A stretch of 64,000 nucleotides of DNA from Ginglymostoma cirratum (taxonomy: Eukaryota). The stretch covers positions 24,141,601 to 24,205,600 of the forward strand of contig JAHRHZ010000035.1 of assembly GCA_024137785.1 (NCBI GenBank). The letters are read 5' to 3'. The notes under the pieces were generated by a model. It saw only the letters and a list, made by a program, of their open reading frames with translations. It searched no databases and was not told where the DNA came from. The translations under genes and the position numbers were made by a program. Every line of letters begins with the position of its first letter. Positions within the stretch are counted from its first letter, which is position 1. This document shows positions 24,958 to 36,204 of this stretch, in pieces.

Positions 24958-27900
24958 GAATGACTCCTTTTTCGAGGAATCTGTGTTGTCATTGCTAAGG
25001 AAGTGTGTCTACTTAATTTTGTTGTCCAGTGAGCTCATTATGTTCAGTGTTTGGTAGGTTTTAAGCCGTGCATATTTATTAGACGAACAAAAGTGTCATT
25101 TCGTTGTCCGAAACAAAATACTCAAATCCATAACTATAATGAGGATGTGCAATAAAATAGTGTTAAAATTTTATGAACTTTTACTTTCCACTAGAATTTC
25201 TGTGTCGCTGTTCTTGTAATGCTTTGACTGCCATTTGTACAATTCCTGCAATGTTCAGGAAGTAGAAAGGATTTCTGAGTGGTCACGTTGCACGTTTTTG
25301 AAGCTATCAAATGTTGGTAGGTGTGTGTATGCATCTTGAATGGTGGAAAGGGAATTTCATGATCTGAGACCTACGTAAATACTTCCCACGTTGGTGGCAA
25401 CAAATGTAAAGCGGTGGTTATCAGTGATGGTTCAAACCCAGTGGGATTTCATTTCTGATGTCATGAATACTTGTCTTTAACCAAGTTTGGTAGCCAAAAT
25501 GCTATATATACTTTATATATGCTACTCTGTTATGTGGTATTGTTAGGTTCTCAGTCTTAGAGGTGATTGAACTGTTTGAGTATTAATGTCTAATCATAGT
25601 TTTGAACAATTTTAAAGTTGCAAACAGTAAGTGGGGTTTGTTGCCAACACGTGACAGACATTAGCAGTGAAAATACGAGAATTTAGTTTTTGTTGTATTG
25701 TTTGAAATGGCCTTTCCTTCAGAAGAAAAACTAGTGCCCGAGATTTAAACTTTAGTTACAAATTTAACAAGTGCCTTTAAAAGTCAATGGAAGGATAGGT
25801 CAGGATGCCACTACATATTTAATCCCTGATATTGGCATATAAAATTGAAACTTTATTTGATTAACATTAGCTATATTAACAAGCTTTTTCAATAGATCTA
25901 CTTTGTATTCCGGCAATTTTAACGCACTCTTTTGGTTCAGTTTAATCAGTGCAACTTTTTGAATTAATTTAGGAACTAATTTCATGATGAGTTTTCAAGT
26001 ATATTTCCTCATCTTTAATATTTCAGGAGTGGTAAGCAGGAATTTCTAAGTATGGTTTGTCCAGGAAGTGCTTTGTTTTCCCAGACCACTGATTTTTGTC
26101 TTCTGGCTAGTCCTGCAATCAGTCTGAGTGATGGTATTGGTTCTAGTTCACTTTAACAGTCCTCAGACTTGCAGACCGAAGTGCAGTGCGAAGGATTAAT
26201 TTGAAATGCTGAGCCTACCATTAAGGGGAATTATGTCACAACGTCCCAATCCATAACTGTCATAACTTCATGATCTACAAATGCATGTATTTTTCTGTTG
26301 TGTTGCAGTTTATGGAGTTGTTGCAACCCCTTGGCTTGCTCCCAATCCAACTAGTTTTAAACATTGTAAATGAGACTACTGACACATTGTCAACTTGAAG
26401 GTCAGCAGTAATCCTAGCGAAATGTAACACCAACATCACTTTTTGTGTGGGAGGTGCAAACAAATTGTCTTGTGACATGGACATTGCTTTATCTTTTAAA
26501 AAATCAGAGTTGTGAAAAGATCTTGTAAAATGGCTTGTGATTTAAATATCTAACAGATATAAAGCCTGAAAATAGAATGATTTATTGGCATAGACTGCTT
26601 CAGATTTACAAGTGGATTGTGTGAAGATGGTCTGTAGTTTCCCCTTCTGGTTTCTTGATTTGACTGAACGTGTATTATTTTACTTCTAAGCTGCTGTATT
26701 CTGAAGTATCTTATTACTCTATCTGCACATAGTTCACAGCTAGAGAGCTAACTAGCCACTTTGCTATTTTCCCTTCAGCCCATTATGTAATATGCTAATT
26801 AAGCCCTCACAGGAGTAGCAGTTGAGGGGTTAAACCCGATAATTATTCAAATCTTTCAGGCTTTTCTCCCAGTTTACGATAATTTGATGAGGAAGTTCAT
26901 TGTAATTAAATATTCAAATTATGAATAAGTGTCAATATGGCTTCCTATAGCCTGGGAATGATGATTAATTGTATTCAAAACTCTAGTGGCTGCTCTAATC
27001 TGAGGCAAACCGTTGCTGTTGATTATTTCTGTGGAATGCTTGCCATGTTTTTTTGTTTTAGAATTTAGACTGGTAATTGATTTGCCATATGTTGCGCAAG
27101 TGCAGGTATTTAGAAGATGTGTATTTGAAGAACTCTGGGAATTTTTAATTGTAATGTTCATTTTTATTGTGGCAGGCAGTTCTTAATTTATTTTTTGTCC
27201 ACCCTGCCCTAAAACACTCATTTGGCACATAAAAGCTGTAGAAGTTGAATTACTGTTGCATGCCTATGCTGTAGATTACTTCGAGTATGCATGTGGTTTA
27301 AATGTGACATTATCATTACAATGACAGTTTTGCATCTGGCTGTGGAGGTACATCAGTACAAGGTGGCACTGTAGCTGAGATGTTCAGACCCAGATGTGAA
27401 TTCCAAATCCAGAAGAAACAAACTGAGATTGCCTCTAGGAGGCTTTCAGGTAGCAGTTAAGTTTCACATCGCTGGAGTATAACTGGGTAGTTTGGTGTGG
27501 AGCTAAGTTTAAATGCTCAATGGATCGTTAAACCTTTTAATGGCGTTATAATAGTTTTTAGTCTTAACATTATACCAAGCAGATTCACATCATGAGTCTT
27601 TTCCTAGTATTTGTACCTGCGACAGGAAGTTGCATGCTCTACTTGGCAGTCTACAGCTACTATTCTGGAAGCGGTGGTGCAAACAAATGCAGGCCTCCGT
27701 TGGTGATGTTTCGTCGAGGTTTCAGATTGTCTGATTGTTTAATTCAGTACCTCAGTTGAGGGTCCAGAGAGGGACAGTTGGTAGAATGAGATGGGAAGTG
27801 GTGAGCAGTAATCAAGGAGAAAGTCTTGAGAGCTTTTGAGCCAGTTTGGTCCAAGGCACTCAGTAGGTTTTTAACGTAAATCTTACAGATCAGGAGCACC

Positions 27901-28176
27901 ATCTATGCTGATTACATGTTTCATTCTGGAGAAGTGATTTTCATTTCACTCATTTTCATTTGGTGCAACTTTTTTTTAAGCACACGTTAAGGGCCCTAAA
28001 TAAGGGAAGGCTGTATTTAAAACCTTAAAGGTTTATAAAGGAGACACATTATTATTGTGTCTCCAGTTTATTATATTCTGCCAGTATTGAGCACTATAAT
28101 ATGATGGACTTATGCCTAATAGTAATTAAGTAATCAAGCATTTTCAGAACAGTCAGCCTTAATAAGGCTGTCTGTT

Positions 28177-28591
28177 TGGCTTTATTGATAGCATTCTTGA
28201 GCTTGGACCAGAAGGTTTGGGTTTCAGCCCGAAGTACTGGTCTGATTTTATAATCTAAGCTGACACTTTACTCCTGTACTGAGGAAGTGGTGTACTATTG
28301 GTGGCACTGTCATTGGATGAAATGTTTTAACTGAGTCTCTATCACTCACCAAAACTGCCAAAACAGAGGGACAAAGGTCTTGTTAATTCAAGTATTGGCC
28401 TACTTTCCAATGTTAACCAGCGTTCCTGAAAACAGGTGAAGTGTTTGATTCTTGATGTTTATAATACCTTACTCCACACAAAATAAATACTCTGCTTCTC
28501 TCATACTTGCCACGCTACTTCAGAGTAGTTTGTTGTAAGTGAATTGTTTTGAAACAATGCTGAATTAATAAGTTGCTATATAAATGCAACT
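28177..28591 (+). mobile_element. Near full-length decayed LF-SINE-like element
   Basis: taatctaagctgacact...tgtactgaggaagtg...ggatgaaatgtt and 3' end gctatataaatgcaa. Confidence 0.7.
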
Positions 28592-29284
28592 CATCAATCG
28601 TCGCCATATTGTATTTTATTCTAACTATTTTGCCAGGTGTAACAAGGACAGTGGTGTGCCTTGCAATCAAATCTATTGAATGTCCTGGCTCCCCTTGTGA
28701 TGATGCTGTTAGTATAATGCTGAGGTGCAATATTCCCACACAGGTACACTTATTGTAAAAGAATGCCTCATTGAACGTGTGTAATCTTTGAATTGTTTTG
28801 TCTGAAACATTGTTAACATTGCACAGAGTAATTTGTAGATTTTTCATTTTTTTTGTTCAAATGTGAATTGTATCTGTGGAGAATATTTTAAAGTCTACAA
28901 TTTTAGGGTTAAATGTTGCTCATATGGGTGTGTCACTGATAGCAGACAAATTTTAAGGTGAAGAATTATCATTTATGAGAAGCAGATGTGATTTTCTTAG
29001 CAACTCTTTTTATGGATCTATGCTTTTTAGGTGATTTCTGCAAAAATTTGTGACGTCCCTACAAATGGGACCTGTAAGTATTTAGCATAAAAAAAGGTCT
29101 ATGGTAAACATGGCATTTAAATTGAGCTTTTATATTTTCTTTCCACACTGCAGGTTGTCAGAGTCATTCGGTATTCGTGTGCTTTCCTGCTAAATAAGGA
29201 TCATTTTTAAAGTTTTGTCATCATCATATGTAGCCCACAACCTCGCTTTCCACCTCTAGGTCCTAAAAACAATGAAAAAATACA

Positions 29285-29533
29285 AGATAACAGCTTGTTT
29301 ATTGATGTTGGCATAAATTAGTGAGGACAAAAGAAGAACTCCCCTTCAAAAAATGGTGCATTTTTATTTATGTAAGCCTATATATTGCTTTAACATCTCA
29401 TCAAGAGAGCACTTCTGACAATGCAGCACTCGCTGAGGACTGCACTGAAGTGCCTGTCTGAAGTAAGTGGTCCATATTCTGAAGTGAGGTTTAAACCCAT
29501 GGTCTTCTGACTTCAGAGGTGCCATCACTGAGG
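29285..29533 (-). mobile_element. LF-SINE-like element, 5' two-thirds
   Basis: tttaacatctcatc...ctgacaatgcagcactcgctgaggactgcactgaagtg...cttctgacttcagagg. Confidence 0.7.
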
Positions 29534-29557
29534 TGAGGTTTATTTTAAACGGAGGTA

Positions 29558-29739
29558 CAGGTAGTTCTGCTAGAACGCATGCTTCGTTAATGCGGATTTG
29601 CTGTAACGTGATTGATGAATAGTGGGCGCTGTTAGGGTAATGCAAACTTTCTGCTGTACAAGTATAGCGATTCCCTATAATGCGATTTTCTATGGCGAGG
29701 TCACACAAGAATGCAACTATCGCATTATAGAACTGCCTA
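29558..29739. mobile_element. Tc1/mariner (Tigger-like) MITE, 182 bp
   Basis: TA|CAGGTAGTTCT...AGAACTGCCTA|TA: imperfect terminal inverted repeats, TA duplication and internal tataatgcg-type repeats. Confidence 0.8.
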
Positions 29740-30914
29740 TACACTAAAAGCTCTATTTTGTAATTTGAAATGATAATTCCTTTGGAACAAAAAATTATCA
29801 GTTGGATTTTGTTTTGAAGGGCTGTTGGTTTGCAGTTTCTAAGCAAGGGGACATGTTTAAAGTCATCACATTTGTCAACTGTGTCAAAGGCTGCTTTCAG
29901 TTCCAGAAAACTGGAACAATCTTTTCACAAGGATATTAATGGAAAGGAAATGTTCATTAACGCTAGCAATTGGTCTCTTGAGATTGATACTCGCTTTTTA
30001 AAATTCACAAGCAACCTGTGCTCGGTCTTCAACCTTGCAAGTTTAAATTAATGGGATGAGAGGAACCTAAGACATACCTGAGAATATATCGTATGATGCA
30101 CATCACTGGGGAGAGAGGGGTTTTTCACAAAAATTAGCTGTTTGTTTTCAAAACCCAATTTTTTTGAAGATTGATGAATGCATCCTTTATATGCGTTTGT
30201 TGTAACAGCAATTAGATTCCCTTTTAAAACTAAATGATACACATATGCTTTCTTTTGAAGAATTCATGGAGATTGTGCCAACAATTAAAATGCACATTTT
30301 GAGCTAATTTTTATGATCTATATAGACTTCTGAGCTTAGGAAACATTTATTTTTGATTCTCAATTTTTGAAATACAATGGTAAAAGTTTTATTTATGCTG
30401 TGTAGGTGTTGCACATTTGAAGGCTAAAAAAGATTTTTTTTTTTGAAGTTGCATAATGATATATCAGGCTGATGAATGTACGCAAAAGAAATCCTTTACT
30501 GTGCTTTAGAGCATAATGTGATACAAACTTGCCAGTCAATATTCCGTGTGAATTTAAGTTGGGAAAATTTTATTGAAATCCTGATAGTGAAAGCACCAAA
30601 TGAAATATATGGCAGACAGCCCTATTGTATAAGTCCCTTTAACTCACGGAATTAATTCAAGTCCATAAAATGTTTATTTTCTGAGGGTTACAAGATTAGT
30701 TTGAAATTTGACTTTACCGTATCCTTCATATGCTTTGACTAAAGCACTCTTAATTTCCTGGATTGTGTCTGTTGTATGAATATTTTAATATAGTACTTAC
30801 TTAGTTTGACTAGAGCCTTAATGCCATTTCATGTTCAGTAACAAATAAATACTTTAATTTGTACAGAAATATTTGATTTAAAATTGACACTCGATGCACA
30901 CTTGATCTTACTGA

Positions 30915-31680
30915 TTGATTGCACCACAATAGCTTCTGTGGCTTTCAGGGCACACAAATGTTTTCACAGGCTTTGAGGTACTTTTGGAACGTAATCACCG
31001 TTGCAATGATAGGGAGTCATGGCAGCCGACTCACATATGGCACGATCCCACAAATAGCTGTTAAAGAAACTGCCAAGTACTGTGAGTCAGTGGTGATGAT
31101 AGAGAGCTAAATGTTCGTCTGGGCACGTTCTTCCACCTTTTGATTACTACTGGAATCATGGAATCATAGAATCCCTGCAGCGCTAAAAGAGGCCATTCAG
31201 CCCTTCGAATCCAAATTGACTCTGGGAGCATCCCACCCACACCCAACCCCACTCTGTCCTATGACCCTGCACTTCCCATGGCTAATCCACCTGGCCTGCA
31301 CATTTCTGGACACTACAGGACAATTTAGCATGGCCAATCCTTCTAACCTGCACATCTCTAGACTGTGGGAGGGAACCGGAGCACCTAGCGGACAAGGAGA
31401 GAATATTCAAACTCTACACATGGTTGCTCGAGGCTGGAATTGAACCCAGGTCTCTGGCACTGTAAGGCAACAGTGCTAATCACTGTGCTACCGTGCTGCC
31501 CCTATGAAATTATTGACTTACACTTTCAATGTATATACCAAATGCTTACTAAGAAATTATTTACATAAATTTGAGAAAGCAAGTAGGAATTTGGTTTAAA
31601 GGTTCAGTTGAGAAATGGGATCTTTGACAGTATATCAATGTGATAGTGCCCCAGTATCTGCATTAGATAATCTAGGTCCA
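30915..31680 (-). mobile_element. LF-SINE-like element interrupted by an HE1 SINE
   Basis: tacttttggaacgtaatcaccgttgcaatg...tcccacaaatagc before the SINE; ttggtttaaaggttcagttgagaaatgggatctttgacag after it. Confidence 0.55.
31153..31502 (-). mobile_element. HE1 SINE, near full length with internal deletion
   Basis: Minus head GGGGCAGCACGGTAGCACAGTGATTAGCACTG...GGGTTCAATTCC; caatttagcatggccaatcc core; gaatcat tail repeats. Confidence 0.9.
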
Positions 31681-32136
31681 AGTCCCACTTTCTCCAGAGG
31701 TGTGTCAGATCAGGTTCTGAGCACATTAATTAAAAGAACTTGTCAGTTCCTTTGTACTGTGCTAAATGGTTGGCCTACATTGTATGCTTAAGTCCCTGTA
31801 AGGTGTCTTGAATTCAATCTTTTGTGTTGAAGTTAAGAATGACCAAAACCAACATCTTGGCTCTTCCCTTGCCTCCTCTTAAAAGATAGATTGCAGCAAC
31901 TTCCGTATTGTAACTCAGTCATTGTGATCATGTAAAATTACCTGATTTTCAAGAGCAAATGATCTAACACGTTGCAGTTGTTTCCGTTTTTAAGACCAAG
32001 TTTTTTGACCTTCAGTAGTTACTAAGAAATAATTTTTATTAATCTACATTTAAAAACAGAAAAAAATGGCCAGAAAGACTTCTGGCTTGAAACTGTCTCC
32101 TAATTTGATGGGAAATATGGTTTTGTCTTGATTCAG

Positions 32137-32234
32137 GCACATATCCCTGACACTTCCTGCTAGTTTCCGAGGTAAGATGCATGGCACAAGACCTGACTTT
32201 GAACACCAGACTTCCAACCTGTATGCTATATCAG
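32137..32234 (+). CDS. MVB12B: MVB12B internal coding exon (linker), 98 nt
   Basis: ttttgtcttgattcAG| acceptor and G|GTGAGT donor. Translates HISLTLPASFRGKMHGTRPDFEHQTSNLYAIS (human HISLTLPATFRGRNSTRTDYEYQHSNLYAIS). Phases fit both neighbouring exons. Confidence 0.96.
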
Positions 32235-34194
32235 GTGAGTGTTGCAGCACGTGGAAAGCCAGCACCTAAATGTGCCTGTTTCAGGTTAAACGCTATTATG
32301 TACATTATTAGCATATTTTGGAACTACTGTTCTTATGGCACTGTTTGATTAATTCCACAAAGCAAAAAAAAATTGTGCAATACAGTTACATGGCTAAAGT
32401 TACTGGGTGCTGTGAAGTCAGCTGAAGACATTAGTGTAATGTAATGCAAATAATATCCAACTGCTTTCTTTTCATTGCTCACCCTTTTGACCTCGAGTGC
32501 TACAGGGAATTTTTTTATTAGGTATTATCTATTCACATTTATAGGGAATATTTGTGTACAAAAATTAAGGAGACACTAACCCAGAGGATGATATTTTATT
32601 GTATGTGGTTCCTCTACCTTTATTTTCAGACTGCTTTATTTGCTCCCAGTATTACTAATTTGAAACTTGCAGCTGTCAAGCAAAAGGTTATTTTATGTCT
32701 GTTTCTCAGCAAAAAATAGTTTGTTCCTGTGTTCTGAAAAACAATCATACAAACAAAATGTAAAGAATTCCTTGTATTTTCTTCCCTGCAAGACTAACTC
32801 TGAACTGTCAGGTTCATATTTGGATTGCACAGGTATAGGGGTGAAGTGTATAGGGCACAACTAGTTGAATGATTAACAAATGGAGGTGAAAAAGATAGGT
32901 ATTTTGATCTGATCTTTGTATTTTTAAAGCTATTATATTTATTCAGTGAGTTCTGTGTTTTGGTGACTTTTTTCTAACTGACCTTTATTCCAAGTTATCA
33001 AATGCTATCAAGCATCGGAGCGTAATTGTAGTATTCTATTTGAACTATTGGGTTTTACACTCAAAAGATCATTGAAGAATTAAAAAAGAATATTTTTGTG
33101 AGAAGTTGACTTTTTTTTTAAATTGGCATGGTTCTAATTGCTTCTAAGGGAGGGAGGTATTGTAAATAGCTGAAACTTTGTAAATTAACACATTTACCAT
33201 TAATCATACGTTTTATATTTGTGACTATGGTGGTATTGACAGGTGGGCAGGTTTATTCTTGAAAAACATGTGGGTGCTGTCAGGCATCAGGAAGCAGGTT
33301 TGTTGGGATTGATGAATTGCCTGCTCCCTTGATTAAGCCTTCAGTCACTCGCAACAGCAAAACCAGGAACAGGATTTTGAATAGAATGTGTCAAATTCAT
33401 TTGGTTCTGGGTTGTTGCAGATGTTGGAGCTAGTGTCATGTATTAACAAAAAAAAAATTGTGAATTCTGACACTTCTCCTGTTCGTGCATTATTTGCTTA
33501 TTGGCAGGCATAGTGGAAAATATTGAAACCTTGGATCTGTCTTGTGTCTCGATTCAAGCTGTGCTTGGAATTCTGTCATTTCTGGGAGGCATGGATTGTA
33601 TCATGAGGGAACAGGCCAATAGTTTTCAAACTTGCGTTGACTTTTTTTTCTTTTTTAAAAGAAATTGATAGAATTCTTTTCATTTGTGTTCTTTTAGTGC
33701 AAGGTAAGTGCCATAACCACCACATTAATTTCATTAGGTCACATCCTGCCTTCTTTGAGGAAACTGTGACTTCCTAGTTTTTTAAAGAAGCATTATCAAT
33801 TCAGAAATTAAAAGGAATTTTTATGCTGTGATTTCAGAACTGTTCAGTTAGTAGAATAAAAATTTATAACTTGCCTGATGTGCAATTTCTGTCTGCAGCC
33901 TAAATTGCACATAAAGCAAATCCACACAATCTCATCAGTCTCGACGGACCCAGATAAAATTTAAGAAATGATTTTTTTTTGGTTCCTGTGGTCTCCTTTG
34001 TGTGAGTCCTGCCCCTTGAATTGTATCAAAGCCTTATTCCAAACTGTTTATTAACATATCACTCTCCACTGAATATTATACCTTACTGCTCTGCATGCAT
34101 GAAAGCCTTGCTATTTGTTGATGTCTGGCTCTGACTCCTTTGTCATCATACTGTTTCCTGGATAACCGTTACAGGTGAAAAGGTTTTTTGGGCT

Positions 34195-34388
34195 GAAATA
34201 GGTAAGGAAGGTAAAAAGTGAGGGAAGGAAGAATAGAAAAGAGAAATTAGGAAATGAAATTAGAAAATGAACGAGAACAACACTGAAGGAGAACAGAAAA
34301 ACAAATGAAATGAAGAGGAGCAACAAACAGAATTGGAGGATTTGAAGAGAGAAAATGGAGAGGTGGGAAGGAAAGAAAATGAAGGGTG
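34195..34388 (+). repeat. A/G-rich low-complexity tract
   Basis: About 190 bp strongly dominated by purines on the + strand. Confidence 0.7.
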
Positions 34389-36204
34389 TTTTGTATTTTT
34401 ACAGAGTTACAACTAAGAATGTTCAGGTAGTGAGAGAGTCTGATTCTGAGTCCATTCCATAAAGTCTCTGAGAATCACTGAATCAGATTGTTGGTTTGAA
34501 GCAACCTGAGTAAAAGGACACATGATAGTACTTCTTCAGACTTAACCTCAGTTTTGTCAGTGGTTGTGTTTGTTCGAAGCTTTTGCGCAGAAAATGCCTG
34601 AGACTGGCAAGACTTTTCATTGATGCACAACCTACCACGGCAGATACGCACCAGAGAGTGACACATTTAAAACCCACGCTTATACAGGCTAATTTGCAGA
34701 GAGCAGCATTTTTCTAAACAATTGCAGAAATTTCTGTTCACTATCCTCGTTATGACCTTGCCTTGTTCCTTGGAATTTCTACTATAAGCAGAAGGAGTGG
34801 GTTTCCTTTTTAGCTGCTGTACATCTCCTTTAGTAGTGAATCCTGATGGTATTTCACTGTCCCTTTTTCTACTATTATGTTGTTAATTTTCCCATGATAT
34901 CAGCATGAACAGATTTAATTCAAACACTGTTCACTACGGACAACGGTTGGTGTTTGCCAAATTTGGCAGTTTTGTTTAGGTTTATTAGTAGACGGAGTCA
35001 CAGCACACAGTAAATATTGATTTGGTGTTTAAGTCACCTTTTGAGCTAAGTTGCCAATTTAATTCAAAGCACTTGCATGATTGAAGTTTTAATGCAACTA
35101 GTAACTCTTTAATTGAAGGGTCAGCGTACTGTTAGTAATTAAAAACTACACATTTTTTGGCGGTAAATGTTTTGAGTAGTATATATTTCCACAGCTTCTA
35201 CAGCACAAATAATTAGCCACTTTATTGCTCCATAAATTACATATTTTTCAAAGGACTAAAATGACACAAACATATATTGGTTTCAGTGGGTTTTTACAAC
35301 CAATAACTGTAACAGCTGTCTCATACTCCATCAATACGAGACATTAAAGCATTATTGCTCAAGGAATTTATTAAGAAATGCATTCTCCACTGTAAAATCT
35401 CCCAAAATGATGCACATAAACCTCTGTACTGCTGAGTTGACCTCAATGTATGCCAATTTGTTAAAGACACCCATTCTAAAAAAAATTATGCAAACTATCA
35501 TCTAAACGGTAGGCTGTCAAAGCGGCTTTCTGTATGAAAATTGCTGAGATTGTGCAGTTTGTGCATAGAAATATTTTATGAAAGACCCATATTTAAAAAC
35601 CGTTTTAAGAGAATTTTCTATATACTGCACCTGCACATCATTCTTCGCTTACCTGTTGAATTAAAATGTTTCTAATGAAAAGAAAAAATGACTGCCTCAA
35701 CTTCCAGCTTGGGATGTCGACTTCAGTTGGAGATGAACATTCTCTACAATGTACTCGGCCAGTCTTAGGGAGAAATGTTTAATTTTCACTTGACTCAAAA
35801 GAGATAATTTTATCAATAGTAGACACTGAATTTGTGTCTGCAGTTACGGTAGACTGGAACTAGCGCTTCAAGTGATAATGCCACCAAGCAGCTTTGTTTA
35901 AAAAATAGACCAGAAAACTGTAGCTAAAATTTGCTGTGAATCTGGTTCATCTGAGATGTTTGCATTGAACCTATAAATGTATAGGAAATACGTGTCCGTA
36001 ATGTCTTTGAATCTGTAGCTCGGTTTCACTAGAATGTCTCTCCAGGGAGCTTTTGTTACTAAACTATGGAACTCAAAATGCCATCCTACGGGAACATTCA
36101 TTTTCCATTGTCAAAATAAGCTTTCTGCTTCCACGATGTGGCTATTTTTGGACTCATTTAAGTTTTTTTTTTGTAATCAGTGATGTCTGAAAAGTAGAAC
36201 TACT

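Noticed and set aside
26027-26031. Possible 5-nt microexon tttcAG|GAGTG|GTAAGC
   Set aside because: Frameshifting, with a weaker tract and donor; expected by chance in 60 kb of intron.
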